A DNA stretch of 64,000 nt from Chloroflexota bacterium (GCA_965219705.1 OZ244789.1:2221627-2285626), one strand, 5' to 3'; positions 8,608 through 18,486 are shown, numbered from the stretch's first letter. The notes: generated from the sequence alone by a model not told the origin. Numbers and translations are program-made.

Positions 8608-9314
8608 CGCAACCGAGCGATATCCACGAAGGAGTTAAGCACGACCATGGGGCTGTTGCCTGACGACTCGCCGGCTGTTCGCGAAAAGTGCTGGACGCCA
8701 ACCTCCGTAAAGGTATGTCCGGAGCGTATGGCCCGAGCCACCAGTTCCGCTGAAATCACCGCGCCTCGACCGGCGATGAACTCGACGTCCTGCACCACCT
8801 CGCGCCGAAATAGCTTGAACCCGCAGTCGATGTCGCGCACGTTGAAGCCCATTGCGAGCCGCACGACCTGCTGCCAAAGACGGGCGTTCAGCGAGCGGTG
8901 GGCCGGATCGGCCCGCTTGATGCGATACCCCAGGACGAAGCCGTGCGTCCCCAGCGCGTCCACCACGGCGGGCAGGTCCGCGAGCGAAAACTGGCCGTCC
9001 CCATCGACATAGCAGATCAGGGAGGCTCTCGCGGCGGCGAATCCCGTGCGCAGCGCGTGCCCATAGCCCAGATTCGTGGGGTGCTGCACCACGTGCACGC
9101 GGTCATCACCGGCGGCCGCCTCGCGGGCGCGTTCGGCGGTGTCGTCCACCGACCCGTCGTCCACCACGACGAGCTCGTAGTCGTCGCCGAGCGCGCCTGC
9201 ATGCTTCTGGGCGTCCGCAATGACCGCCGCGACGTTCTCCGCCTCGTTATGGCAGGGGAATATCACCGAGATGCGCGGCGAAGGCGGCCCGGCTGGTGTA
9301 GAGGCAGTCGACAT
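8592..9314 (-). CDS. family 2 glycosyltransferase (DPM1-like), second tandem copy
   Basis: ISVIFPCHNEAENV...VVVDDGSVDDT...YVDGDGQ (DxD) motifs. The start is probably the internal Met (MSTASTP...); the ORF-track start at 9377 gives a 21-aa low-complexity extension. Confidence 0.75.
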   Translation of the reverse strand: MSTASTPAGPPSPRISVIFPCHNEAENVAAVIADAQKHAGALGDDYELVVVDDGSVDDTAERAREAAAGDDRVHVVQHPTNLGYGHALRTGFAAARASLICYVDGDGQFSLADLPAVVDALGTHGFVLGYRIKRADPAHRSLNARLWQQVVRLAMGFNVRDIDCGFKLFRREVVQDVEFIAGRGAVISAELVARAIRSGHTFTEVGVQHFSRTAGESSGNSPMVVLNSFVDIARLRWRLR

Positions 9315-9471
9315 AGAAGGTGGCACGCGAGCGTCGGCGCGCGGGACGCGCGGCGCTTGTGAATCGACGCCCGACATCTACCGCCACGCTCCGGGGCGCC
9401 GAACCCTAGCACACCGGTGCCCCGATCGGTCCGCTAGGATGACGGCTGGGATTACGCCTGGAATTTGCCTG

Positions 9472-10284
9472 ATGCAACTGGCCGTTACGACCTACTCCGC
9501 TCCCGCATGGACGATCGACGAGCATGCGCGCGTCGCGCGTGAGATCGGCTGTGACGGCCTCGAGATACGCATGCTCGCCGGGCAACCGCTCGCACCAGAC
9601 CTGCCGTCCGCGGAGCGACGACGCATCGCCGAGATCGTCGCGGACGCCGGCCTCGAGATCTGCGTGGTCGGCAGCGATTGCCGCTTGGCGCAACCGGTCC
9701 GGCAGCGTGGGCATGAGGTCGATCGCGCGTCAGGGTTCGTCGAGTTGGCCCGCGAGTGGGGGGCGCCCGTGGTGCGCGTGTTCGGCGGCGCGCAGAGTGC
9801 TGACGCGCCGCCGGCGGAGGCCGACGCCTGGGTTGTGGAGGGTCTGCGCGCTGCCGCGGCGCATGCCGCGCCGCACGGGATTCGCGTGGCGCTGGAAACC
9901 CATGACGTGTTCAACTCCGCTGTGCGTGTTGGGGATATCGTGCGCGCCGCGGCGCATCCCAATGCCGCGGTCGTGTGGGATCTGGGACATCCACATCGCG
10001 CGGGCGAGAGCGTTGCCGAAGCGTGGGCGGCCATCGGCCCGTTCGTCGTCCACGTCCACGTCAAGGACATCGTCCGTACCGACGACGAGCGGGAGTGGGA
10101 AAGCGTCCTCGCCGGACGGGGCGAGGTTCCGATTGCCGACATGCTTGGCGTTCTCCGCGGCGCCGGCTACGACGGCTACCTGTCGACCGAGTGGGAGCCG
10201 CGGGATGCCCGAACGGGCGGCGGGCGCAAGGCCGCGCTGGCCCAGCACGCCGCCTACCTCCGCGCGATCTTGGACGCCGCCTAG
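9472..10284 (+). CDS. sugar phosphate isomerase/epimerase (xylose isomerase-like TIM barrel)
   Basis: MQLAVTTYSAPAW..., GCDGLEIR, VALETHD and HVHVKD motifs of the AP-endonuclease-2/xylose-isomerase TIM-barrel family. The ORF-track start at 9220 is an upstream in-frame extension overlapping the divergent GT2 gene; an alternative start is at 9439. Confidence 0.7.
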   Translation: MQLAVTTYSAPAWTIDEHARVAREIGCDGLEIRMLAGQPLAPDLPSAERRRIAEIVADAGLEICVVGSDCRLAQPVRQRGHEVDRASGFVELAREWGAPVVRVFGGAQSADAPPAEADAWVVEGLRAAAAHAAPHGIRVALETHDVFNSAVRVGDIVRAAAHPNAAVVWDLGHPHRAGESVAEAWAAIGPFVVHVHVKDIVRTDDEREWESVLAGRGEVPIADMLGVLRGAGYDGYLSTEWEPRDARTGGGRKAALAQHAAYLRAILDAA

Positions 10285-11636
10285 CGCGGCAGGTCGAGCA
10301 GCGAGCGCCGCAGCGGCCCTTCATCGCGCGGGAGGACCGTGCGCACGTCGAGCCACACGTCGTCGCCGCGCACGCGGCCGATCACCGGCGGGTCCGCACG
10401 CCGCAGCCGCGCGGCCAGCGCCTGCCCGCCGCCCGCAAGCCGGATGGCGTAGCTCGGGAGCACTTGCCCGGGAAGCGCGCCGCCGCCAACCGCCGACTCC
10501 GATGCCTCGACGCTGGCTCCGGCGACGCTGCGCGCCATCCGGCGCGCCCGCGCGCGCAGGGCCGCGGGCTGAGCGGCGATCATCTGCCAGACAGGAATGC
10601 TGGTCTCGGCTTCGCCCAGCAAGTAGTGGGCGAGCGTGGCCTGCAGCGCCGCGAGCGTGAGTGCGTCGCACCGCAGCGCGCGCGCCAGCGGGCGCCGGGC
10701 AATCCGCTCAACATATGCGGCGTTTCCGGCCGCAATGCCGGCCTGCGGACCGCCCAGGAGCTTGTCGCCCGAGAACGTCACGACGTCGCAACCCGCGGCA
10801 AGCGCGTCTTGCACGCGCGGCTCGTTGACCAAGCCGAACGGTGTGGGGTCGAGCAAGGTTCCCGAGCCAAGGTCGCTGATGAGCGGCACGGCGTGCTCGT
10901 GCGCCAGACGCGCCAGCGCGGCGAGATCGGGGGACTCCGTGAAGCCAATCTGGGCAAAGTTGCTCCGATGCACGTGCAGGATCGCCGCCGTGCGATCGCC
11001 CAGAACCTCCGCATAGTCCTCGAGCCGCGTCCGATTGGTCGTGCCCACGTCGCGGAGCACGGCGCCGCTGGCGGCGAGAATTTCCGGCACGCGAAACCCG
11101 CCGCCGATCTCGATCGCCTCGCCGCGACTCACCAGCACTTCGCCGCCGGCGGCCAGCGCCTCGAGGGCGAGGAATGTGGCTCCCGCATTGTTGTTGAGCG
11201 CGATGGCGGCCGGTGCGCCCGTGATCGCGCGCAGGCTCGCGGCCACCGCCTCCCCGCGCCGTCCGCGCCGGCCCGTGTCGAGGTCCATCTCCAAAGCGGC
11301 ATATCCCGCGCCGGCCGCCTGAGTGGCGGCAAGCGCTCGGTCGCTCAGGGGCGCTCGTCCGAGATTCGTGTGGATGATTACGCCGGTTGCGTTGATCACG
11401 GGTCTTGGGGCATCGCGCAGCAGCAGCTCGGCTCGCAGCGCGGCCGCGTCCGCCAGTGCTTCGAGGCTTGGTGCGGCGCGTCCGCGGCCTATGGCGTCGC
11501 GGGCTGTGGCGATCTCCGCGCGCGCGGCCGACACCAGAAGCGCGTTTGGCATCTCACTGTCAAGCGCCGCCGCCTGCGCGACGCGATCGACCGACGGCAG
11601 GTCCCGCCAGGCCGCGCTGCCGTCGTTAGGCGCCAT
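10281..11636 (-). CDS. selA: L-seryl-tRNA(Sec) selenium transferase SelA
   Basis: VINATGVIIHTNLGRAPL, PLP-lysine region FSGDKLLGGPQAG, full-length collinear with SelA. Start chosen at MAPNDGSAAWRDLP; the longer ORF-track start adds an Arg/Ser-rich extension overlapping apgM. Confidence 0.85.
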   Translation of the reverse strand: MAPNDGSAAWRDLPSVDRVAQAAALDSEMPNALLVSAARAEIATARDAIGRGRAAPSLEALADAAALRAELLLRDAPRPVINATGVIIHTNLGRAPLSDRALAATQAAGAGYAALEMDLDTGRRGRRGEAVAASLRAITGAPAAIALNNNAGATFLALEALAAGGEVLVSRGEAIEIGGGFRVPEILAASGAVLRDVGTTNRTRLEDYAEVLGDRTAAILHVHRSNFAQIGFTESPDLAALARLAHEHAVPLISDLGSGTLLDPTPFGLVNEPRVQDALAAGCDVVTFSGDKLLGGPQAGIAAGNAAYVERIARRPLARALRCDALTLAALQATLAHYLLGEAETSIPVWQMIAAQPAALRARARRMARSVAGASVEASESAVGGGALPGQVLPSYAIRLAGGGQALAARLRRADPPVIGRVRGDDVWLDVRTVLPRDEGPLRRSLLDLPR

Positions 11637-12900
11637 ACTTCGCGAGCCGCTGCCCGTGCGCCAGCATGAGCGGCAGGATCGAGCGCGCTGGGATGTGGCC
11701 CAGCCCCCCGCTGAAGCAGGCGGGCTCGCTGAACGCCTCGACGTTGTCCGATCTGGCAAGCGCCCCCCACAAGATGAGCGGTACCGGATGCCATGAATGT
11801 GCCCGAAGCTTGGCTGGCGTCGAATGGTCGCCGGTCACGACCAGCACGTCCGGATTGAGGGCGCGCACCCGCGGCAGCCAGCGGTCGACCGCCTCGATGG
11901 CGCGCGCCTTGCCGTGGAAATCCCCGTCCTCCCCGAGCGTGTCCGTCTCTTTGATGTGCACGAAGAACAGGTCAAACGCGTCCCAGGCCTTCTCAAGTTC
12001 CGCAATCTGGTTGCCAGGCTCGTCGGTGACCGGCAGCACGGTCATCCCGACGGCGCGGGCGACGCCCCGGTACATGGGATAGGCGGCCAGGCACGCCGCC
12101 CGCAGGTTGAATCGGGACTCCAGCGACGGCAACGGGCGGTACCGGCCGTAGCCGCGCATGAGCACAAAGTTGACCGGCTGCTCGTCGCCGATGCGCTCGT
12201 GGACCTGGTCGGTAATGCTGGCCAGGACCCGGCTCGTATGCTCCGCCGCGGGATGCAACGCCTCGGGAGGCAGCGGCGGCACGCCCGTCGCTTGCGGATC
12301 GGTTTCGCGCACGCGCGCGTCCAATCCCTCGCCTCGCAGCACCAGCACGGCACGGTGCCGCCGCTCAGTCGCCAACTCGATGCTGACGCCCGGCGCTTCG
12401 ATGCCGTTGAGCCTCGCGATGAGCCGCTGGTTGAGTTCCGTTGAGATGCGACCCGCCCGGCGGTCACTGATGTTGCCGTCGGCCTCGAGGGTGCAGAAAT
12501 TCAACCGCACGGCGAGGTCGTGCTCGCCTAGGTTGATCCCAAGGCCAATCGCCGAGAGCGCGCCACGCCCGATGCTATCGGCGACCGGGTCGTAGCCGAA
12601 CAGCGACAGGTGACCGGGCCCGCTGCCCGGCGTGATCCCGATTTCCATCGGGTGGTGCACGCCCGTCACGCCCTCGCGCGCCAGCTGATCGAGATTCGGC
12701 GTGTCGGCCGCCTCGAGTTCGGTCGGCCCTCCCGGAACCATAGGCAATCCGCCAAGGCCGTCGAGAACGATGAGCACTAGCTTGGTCGTCGCTGGCTGCG
12801 CCAACGAGGACAGTAACTCGCCCGTGACTGCTCCGCCGGTGGGGATCCCGGCGCAGAGCTTATCATCGGGCCGGTGCGGCTTCTCTGAAGTTGCGGACAT
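11626..12900 (-). CDS. apgM: 2,3-bisphosphoglycerate-independent phosphoglycerate mutase, archaeal type (ApgM)
   Basis: 424 aa. LVLIVLDGLGG, HIKETDTLGEDGDF, VTGDHSTP motifs of the ApgM branch of the alkaline-phosphatase superfamily. Confidence 0.85.
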   Translation of the reverse strand: MSATSEKPHRPDDKLCAGIPTGGAVTGELLSSLAQPATTKLVLIVLDGLGGLPMVPGGPTELEAADTPNLDQLAREGVTGVHHPMEIGITPGSGPGHLSLFGYDPVADSIGRGALSAIGLGINLGEHDLAVRLNFCTLEADGNISDRRAGRISTELNQRLIARLNGIEAPGVSIELATERRHRAVLVLRGEGLDARVRETDPQATGVPPLPPEALHPAAEHTSRVLASITDQVHERIGDEQPVNFVLMRGYGRYRPLPSLESRFNLRAACLAAYPMYRGVARAVGMTVLPVTDEPGNQIAELEKAWDAFDLFFVHIKETDTLGEDGDFHGKARAIEAVDRWLPRVRALNPDVLVVTGDHSTPAKLRAHSWHPVPLILWGALARSDNVEAFSEPACFSGGLGHIPARSILPLMLAHGQRLAKYGA

Positions 12901-12916
12901 CTAGCGAGAGGCGCCG

Positions 12917-13879
12917 GTGAATGCAGACGCGCCCGGGCGCGTTCCGGGCATCGCGGACAGCGTGACGGAACTTGTTGGCAATACACCCCTCGTGCGGCTG
13001 AATCGGCTTACGCAAGGGCTCTCCGCCAGCATCGCCGCCAAATGCGAGTTCTTCAATCCGGGCGGCAGCGTCAAAGATCGCATCGGGCTGGCGATGATCG
13101 ACGATGCGGAGCGGGAGGGCCGCATTGCCCCCGACCGCACCGTGATCGTCGAGCCGACCAGCGGCAACACGGGCATTGCCCTCGCCATGGTGGGTGCGGC
13201 CCGTGGCTATCGCGTCATCATTACGCTGCCCGAGACCATGACCATCGAGCGCCGCAACCTGCTGCGCGCCTTTGGCGCGGAGGTGGTGCTCACGCCGGGC
13301 GCGCAGGGCATGGTCGGCGCCATCGATCGCGCGCAGCAGATCGTCGACGGCACTCCCAACGCGTGGATGCCGCAGCAATTCCGCAACGCCAGCAATCCCG
13401 AGGCGCACGCGCGAACGACCGCCGAGGAGGTTTGGCGCGATACCGACGGCGCGGTTGAAATTTTTGTGGCCGCGGTCGGGACCGGGGGCACCATTACGGG
13501 TACGGCGCGCGCCCTCAAGCAACGCAAACCGTCCCTGCAATTCATTGGCGCCGAACCCGTTGGCAATCCGGTCATCACCAGCGGCCGCGCCGGACCGCAT
13601 CGCATTGAAGGCATCGGCGCCAACTTCGTGCCTGAAGTCTTCGAGCGCGACCTCGTGGACGAGATCTTGCTCGTGGACGACGGCGACGCGGAGGAGACGG
13701 CCCGCCGCCTGGCCGCGGATGAGGGCCTGCTGGTTGGCGCCTCGGCCGGGGCGAACGTTTGGGTCGCCCTGCAGGTCGCCGCGCGGCCCGAGAATCAGGG
13801 CAAGCTCATCGTGACGGTGCTTTGCGACGGCGGCGATCGCTATCTGACCCACCCGATGTTTGCCGGCTTGGACGTCTGA
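12917..13879 (+). CDS. cysK: cysteine synthase A (O-acetylserine sulfhydrylase)
   Basis: 320 aa. [16 protein letters not shown]-lysine region [25 protein letters not shown] motifs. Confidence 0.9.
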   Translation: MNADAPGRVPGIADSVTELVGNTPLVRLNRLTQGLSASIAAKCEFFNPGGSVKDRIGLAMIDDAEREGRIAPDRTVIVEPTSGNTGIALAMVGAARGYRVIITLPETMTIERRNLLRAFGAEVVLTPGAQGMVGAIDRAQQIVDGTPNAWMPQQFRNASNPEAHARTTAEEVWRDTDGAVEIFVAAVGTGGTITGTARALKQRKPSLQFIGAEPVGNPVITSGRAGPHRIEGIGANFVPEVFERDLVDEILLVDDGDAEETARRLAADEGLLVGASAGANVWVALQVAARPENQGKLIVTVLCDGGDRYLTHPMFAGLDV

Positions 13880-13911
13880 GGGCGCGGCTCCCGTTGGTAG
13901 CATGCCCGTGT

Positions 13912-13995
13912 GGAGAGGTCGCCTAGAGGCTTAGGGCGCACGCCTGGAAAGCGTGTAGGGGACTCCCCTCGTGGGTTCGAATCCCACCCTCTCCG
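13912..13995 (+). tRNA. tRNA-Ser (anticodon GGA)
   Basis: Acceptor GGAGAGG/CCTCTCC, anticodon stem CACGC/GCGTG with loop CTGGAAA (GGA), long variable arm TAGGGGACTCCCCTC, T-arm GTGGG-TTCGAAT-CCCAC. Shares an identical 27-nt 3' half with the tRNA at 5269. Confidence 0.85.
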
Positions 13996-14081
13996 CCCAC
14001 CATCCCGACGATTTGCGACTCGCCCGCTGCCCCAGTCGGTGCATCCCGTTGGGGCGCCACTCGTAGGACGACGCTGCGATT

Positions 14082-14136
14082 TCTCCCGTGCGGGAGAGGG
14101 CCAGAGACTGCCCCGGACCCCGTATCGAGTACGGGG
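14082..14136. repeat. paired-hairpin palindromic element (tctcccgtgcgggaga + ccccgtatcgagtacgggg)
   Basis: Two perfect stem-loops, seen directly. The same two hairpin types recur at 60632..60767 and 61764..61816. Confidence 0.7.
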
Positions 14137-14404
14137 CGGGCTTTGATCCGGGGGTGAGGACCTAGCCCCCTGCCTCATGGGAGAACACTGGAGCGGTGAT
14201 CACACCACGACATCGCTTCGAGACTACATGGCCCAGCCTCGCAGACTCGCGCCGGCCGACATGTCGGTCGTTGGAGTGCGCGTGGGAACCCATGTCCTCC
14301 GCCAGGGACTATTAGCCATGACTTGCATCGTCTCTTAGTAGATACTAACCTTCGCGCATAGGGCCCGCTTGCATGTGCGGACCCCAGCCTGTCGGGAGAT
14401 CCAT

Positions 14405-15478
14405 ATGGCGCTCACCCGCCGCGCTCTCATCGGTGGAGCCGTGGCCTCTACGGCCGCCTTGCCCTTGCTTGCCGCCTGCGGCGAACCCAAGGTTGTCGAA
14501 AAGGTCGTCGAAAGGGTCGTCACGGTCACTGTGACCGAGCCGCCCAGCGAGCCGCAGCGCCTGGTCGTCTACTCGGGTCGCAGTGAGTCCCTGGTCGACC
14601 CTGTCATCCAGCAGTTCGGCGCCACGTCCGGTCTGGACGTGCAGGTCAAGTACGCCGGCACGCCGGCGCTCGCCGCCACGTTGCTGGAGGAAGGCGATGC
14701 CTCGCCGGCCGACGTGTTCTTCGCCCAAGACCCTGGGGGACTGGGCGCGGTGGAGTCGCTGCTGTCACCCCTGCCCGCATCCGTTTTGAGCCGAGTGCCC
14801 GCCTGGGCCCGCTCGCCAAAAGGCCTCTGGACCGGCATCTCGGGCCGCGCGCGGGTCGTCGTGTACAACACCGACCGCCTCAGCCCTGCCGACCTGCCCG
14901 ACGATCTGTGGGGCTTCACCGACCCCAGCTGGCGCGGCCGCCTCGGCTGGCCGCCGACCAACGCCTCGTTCCAGACCATGGTCACCGGCATGCGCGCCTT
15001 GTGGGGTGACGACCGCACCCGTGAATGGCTCGATGCCATGCACGCCAACGAGATTGGGATCTACCCCAAGAACACCCCCATCGTCGCCGCCACGGCCGCG
15101 GGCGAGATCGACGGCGGCCTCGTGAACCACTACTACCTGCACCGCTTCCTGGCCGAGGAGGGCGAGACCTTCGCCGCCCGGAACTATCATCTTCCCGACG
15201 GCGGACCCGGGTCGCTCGTAATGGTCGCGGGCGCCGGCATTCTCGGCACCGCCGCCAACCGACCCGCGGCCGAGCGATTCCTCGACTTCCTCCTCTCCGC
15301 CGTCGGTCAGCAGTACTTCGCCAGCGCCACGCATGAATACCCCTTGGTCGAAGGCGTGAAGGCGTCGCGGCTGCTGACGCCGCTGGCCGACATCAAGAAG
15401 CCGGAGATCGCGCTGAGCGATCTCGCCGACCTGGAAGGAACCCAAGCCATGCTGAGGGAAGCTGGAATACTGCCCTAA
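14405..15478 (+). CDS. ABC transporter periplasmic binding protein, Fe(III)/thiamine (AfuA/FbpA-like) type, Tat/lipoprotein signal
   Basis: MALTRRALIGGAVASTAALPLLAACGE twin-arginine signal plus lipobox Cys; overall length and motifs of the FbpA/AfuA binding-protein family. The ORF-track start at 14369 is an upstream extension. Confidence 0.7.
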   Translation: MALTRRALIGGAVASTAALPLLAACGEPKVVEKVVERVVTVTVTEPPSEPQRLVVYSGRSESLVDPVIQQFGATSGLDVQVKYAGTPALAATLLEEGDASPADVFFAQDPGGLGAVESLLSPLPASVLSRVPAWARSPKGLWTGISGRARVVVYNTDRLSPADLPDDLWGFTDPSWRGRLGWPPTNASFQTMVTGMRALWGDDRTREWLDAMHANEIGIYPKNTPIVAATAAGEIDGGLVNHYYLHRFLAEEGETFAARNYHLPDGGPGSLVMVAGAGILGTAANRPAAERFLDFLLSAVGQQYFASATHEYPLVEGVKASRLLTPLADIKKPEIALSDLADLEGTQAMLREAGILP

Positions 15479-15480
15479 GC

Positions 15481-17142
15481 ATGGTGTCGATCGCGCGCGT
15501 GATTCGCGTCGCCGCGCCCAGCGGTCCCATTGGGCGGATGGGCCGCTGGCCGCGTGCGCCCGCCGCGCTCTGGGTCCCGGCGCTGGCGGTCGGCCTGCTG
15601 CTCGCGTTGCCGCTCGTCTATCTCGTGATCCGTACCGCCGGGGCCGGTGACGACGCCTGGGCTCTCCTGCTGCGTTGGCGCACCGCCATGATTCTGCTGC
15701 GCACCCTGGCCCTGGTGGTCACGGTGACCGTGGCATCGGTCGTCATCGCGGTGCCGGTTGCCTGGCTCACCGTCCGCAGCAACCTGCCGTGGCCGCGCTT
15801 CTGGAGCGTTGTCGCGGCCCTGCCCCTCGTGATTCCCAGCTTCGTCGCCGGGCTGGTCGTCCAGGTGGCGCTCGGCCCGCGCGGCATGCTGCAACAGGCG
15901 CTCGAGCCGCTCGTCGGCGTCACCGAGCTGCCATCGATCTACGGATTCCCCGGCGCCGCGCTGACGCTGACGCTGCTCAGCTACCCCTACGTTCTCCTGC
16001 CCGCGCAATCGAGCTTGCGGCGGCAGGACCCATCGCTCGAGGACGCCAGCCGATCCCTCGGGCACGGCCGCCGCGCGACCTTCCGCCGCGTAACGCTGCC
16101 CTTGCTTGGCCCGGCCGTGGCCGCCGGTTCACTGCTGGTGGCGCTCTATACCCTCACCGACTTCGGCGCCGTGTCGCTGCTTCGGTACGAGACCTTCACC
16201 TGGGCGATCTTCGTGCAATTCGAGTCGGCCTTCGATCGCGGGTTGGCCGCCGCCTTGTCGCTGGCGCTGGTCGCGCTTGCCGCCGCCATCCTGGCCGTCG
16301 AGGCCCTGGCACGAGGACGCGCCCGCTTTCACGGCGTGGGTCCAGGGGTAACCGCTGAGCCCAGGCGCGCCCACCTCGGACGCTGGATGCTTCCCGCGCT
16401 TGGTTTCATGGCGGCGCTGGGCGCGCTTGCCTTGGTCGGACCGATGGGCGTGCTGGTGTACTGGGTCGGCCGAGGCCTCGCAGCGGGTGAGGCGGTGATT
16501 GGCGTCTGGGAGCCCCTATTGAACTCCGTGCTCGTCGCCGCGCTTGCCGCACTCGCGGCGGCCGTCGCGTCATTGCCGGTCGCCGCCCTTGTCGTCCGCT
16601 ACCCCAGCCGGTTCGCCTGGCTGATCGAGCGGGCCACCTATACCGGCTTTGCCCTGCCGGGCATTGTGGTTGCCATCTCGCTCGTCTTCTTTGCCGTCAA
16701 TCTCGCGCGACCGCTTTACCAGACGTTGCTCTTGCTCGTTTTGGCCTACGTCGTGCTGTTCTTTCCCGCCATGCTCGCCGCCGTGCGCACGTCGCTCGCG
16801 CAAGTGCGTCCGAATGTGGAAGACGCCGCCCGCACCTTGGGGCGGTCCCCCATCGCCACGCTCCTCCACGTCACGCTGCCGCTGATCTGGCCGGGCATCG
16901 CCTCGGGGATTGGGCTGGTATTCCTGCTGACGATGAAGGAGCTCCCCGCAACCCTCATCCTCGGGCCCATCGGCTTCAAAACGCTGGCTACGACGACTTG
17001 GTCGGCGGCCTCGGAGGCCTTCTTTGCGCGCGCGGCAATGTCGGCGCTGCTGATCGTCCTGGCCGCCGGCGTGCCGTTGCTGTTGCTGCGTCTCCGCATG
17101 GGGCGGGCGCCGCGGCAGGCCGCACCGCTCCCGCGACTCTAG
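15481..17142 (+). CDS. ABC transporter permease with two fused transmembrane domains (FbpB/AfuB-like)
   Basis: 553 aa. Two repeated six-TM permease modules, each with an EAA-type loop. Adjacent to and co-oriented with the binding protein. Confidence 0.75.
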   Translation: MVSIARVIRVAAPSGPIGRMGRWPRAPAALWVPALAVGLLLALPLVYLVIRTAGAGDDAWALLLRWRTAMILLRTLALVVTVTVASVVIAVPVAWLTVRSNLPWPRFWSVVAALPLVIPSFVAGLVVQVALGPRGMLQQALEPLVGVTELPSIYGFPGAALTLTLLSYPYVLLPAQSSLRRQDPSLEDASRSLGHGRRATFRRVTLPLLGPAVAAGSLLVALYTLTDFGAVSLLRYETFTWAIFVQFESAFDRGLAAALSLALVALAAAILAVEALARGRARFHGVGPGVTAEPRRAHLGRWMLPALGFMAALGALALVGPMGVLVYWVGRGLAAGEAVIGVWEPLLNSVLVAALAALAAAVASLPVAALVVRYPSRFAWLIERATYTGFALPGIVVAISLVFFAVNLARPLYQTLLLLVLAYVVLFFPAMLAAVRTSLAQVRPNVEDAARTLGRSPIATLLHVTLPLIWPGIASGIGLVFLLTMKELPATLILGPIGFKTLATTTWSAASEAFFARAAMSALLIVLAAGVPLLLLRLRMGRAPRQAAPLPRL

Positions 17143-17187
17143 GCTTCGGCCGTTGTTGGCCGCGCTGACCGTGAGTACCATGCGACC

Positions 17188-18486
17188 ATGCTTGCGCTGC
17201 TAGGCGGGGACCCGGTTCGCCCCGACCCCTATCCCGCATGGCCGGTCTTCGACGAGTCCGAGGTCAACGCCGTGGCCGATGTCGTGCGCACCGGTGAGTG
17301 GGGGCGGCTCGGCAGCCACCGCGTCATCGCCTTCGAGCGCGCCTTCGCCGCCTTTCAGGGCGCGGCCTACGGCCTGGCCGTCAACAGTGGTACCAGCGCC
17401 CTCGAAATGGGGCTCGAAGCCTTGCGGCTCCCGCGGGGCTCCGAGGTCATCCTGGCGCCGTTCACGTTTATGGCCAGCGCCACGTCGATCCTCAACGCGG
17501 GCTTGGTGCCGGTCTTTGTCGACATCGACCCCGCGACCTACAACCTGGACCCGGCGTGCATTTCCTCCGCGATCACCCCGCGCACCTCGGCCATCATGGT
17601 GGTGCATTTCGGCGGGCTGGCCTGCGACATGCAGGCGGTGCTCGACATCGCGTCCGCGCACGGCTTGCGCGTCATCGAGGATGCGGCGCATTCCCACGCC
17701 GGCACCTGGCGCGACCGTGGTTTGGGAACGATCGGCGACGTTGGTTGCTTCAGCTTCCAGGCCAGCAAGAACCTCAACTCGGGTGAGGGCGGCGCGGTGC
17801 TCACCAATGACATCGGCATCTTTTCGCGCGCGATCGCCGAGCACGACCTGTGGGGCGGCGGCGTGCTCGAGCGCGGTGGACAGCTCGGACGCGGCAGCCT
17901 GAGCACCGGGGAGGGCTGGGACTTCACCGTATCGGCCGGTGATCGGCGCATCACCCCGATTCAGGCCGCCTTGCTCCAGGCGCAGCTCGGCCGGCTGGAG
18001 GAGCAGGCGCAACGGCGGGCGGCCAGTGGGAGCTACCTCAACGGCCTGCTGGACGATCTCGAAGGCATCGCGGTGCGGCGCATTGACGCGTTCGCCACCC
18101 GGCCGGCGCATCACGTGTATGTCTTCCGCTATGACCCCGAGCCCTTCATGGGCCTGAGCCGTGCGCGCTTCATCGAGGCCATGAATGCCGAGGGGATTCC
18201 GGTAACCCAGGGCTACCGGCAACCGCTGCATCGCACGGCGCTGTTCGCCAACGTCGACGGCGCGCTGGCGCGCGCCTGGCCCCGGGGCGACGGAACGCCG
18301 GATATCGACTATGCCGAGGTTTCGTGCCCCCACGCCGAGCGCCTCTGCGCCGCCGAGACGGTGTTCCTCACACAGAATGTGCTGCTGGATGACGAGGCCG
18401 GCATGGAGCACATCGCCGACGCGATCGAGAAGGTCCGCGAGCACGCGGACGCGCTGCTCGACACCGACCGTATGGCTGGAGACTAG
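17188..18486 (+). CDS. DegT/DnrJ/EryC1/StrS family PLP-dependent sugar aminotransferase
   Basis: 432 aa. GGDPVRP...WPVFDESE N-terminus, SGTSALEM, FSFQASKNLNSGEGG (PLP-lysine) motifs. Confidence 0.85.
   Translation: MLALLGGDPVRPDPYPAWPVFDESEVNAVADVVRTGEWGRLGSHRVIAFERAFAAFQGAAYGLAVNSGTSALEMGLEALRLPRGSEVILAPFTFMASATSILNAGLVPVFVDIDPATYNLDPACISSAITPRTSAIMVVHFGGLACDMQAVLDIASAHGLRVIEDAAHSHAGTWRDRGLGTIGDVGCFSFQASKNLNSGEGGAVLTNDIGIFSRAIAEHDLWGGGVLERGGQLGRGSLSTGEGWDFTVSAGDRRITPIQAALLQAQLGRLEEQAQRRAASGSYLNGLLDDLEGIAVRRIDAFATRPAHHVYVFRYDPEPFMGLSRARFIEAMNAEGIPVTQGYRQPLHRTALFANVDGALARAWPRGDGTPDIDYAEVSCPHAERLCAAETVFLTQNVLLDDEAGMEHIADAIEKVREHADALLDTDRMAGD

Noticed and set aside
9975-11669. 564-aa plus-strand ORF antisense to selA
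   Set aside because: The SelA motifs are on the minus strand; the plus ORF is an Arg/Gly-rich artefact.
12863-13903. 346-aa minus-strand ORF antisense to cysK
   Set aside because: The CysK PLP-lysine motifs are on the plus strand.
14180-14400. Riboswitch (for example TPP) in the long leader of the Fe/thiamine-type binding protein
   Set aside because: No CUGAGA/ACCUGAUCUGG-type TPP signature or other riboswitch consensus that I could recognise; only the hairpin repeats.
17200-18444. 414-aa minus-strand ORF antisense to the DegT aminotransferase
   Set aside because: The DegT motifs are on the plus strand.
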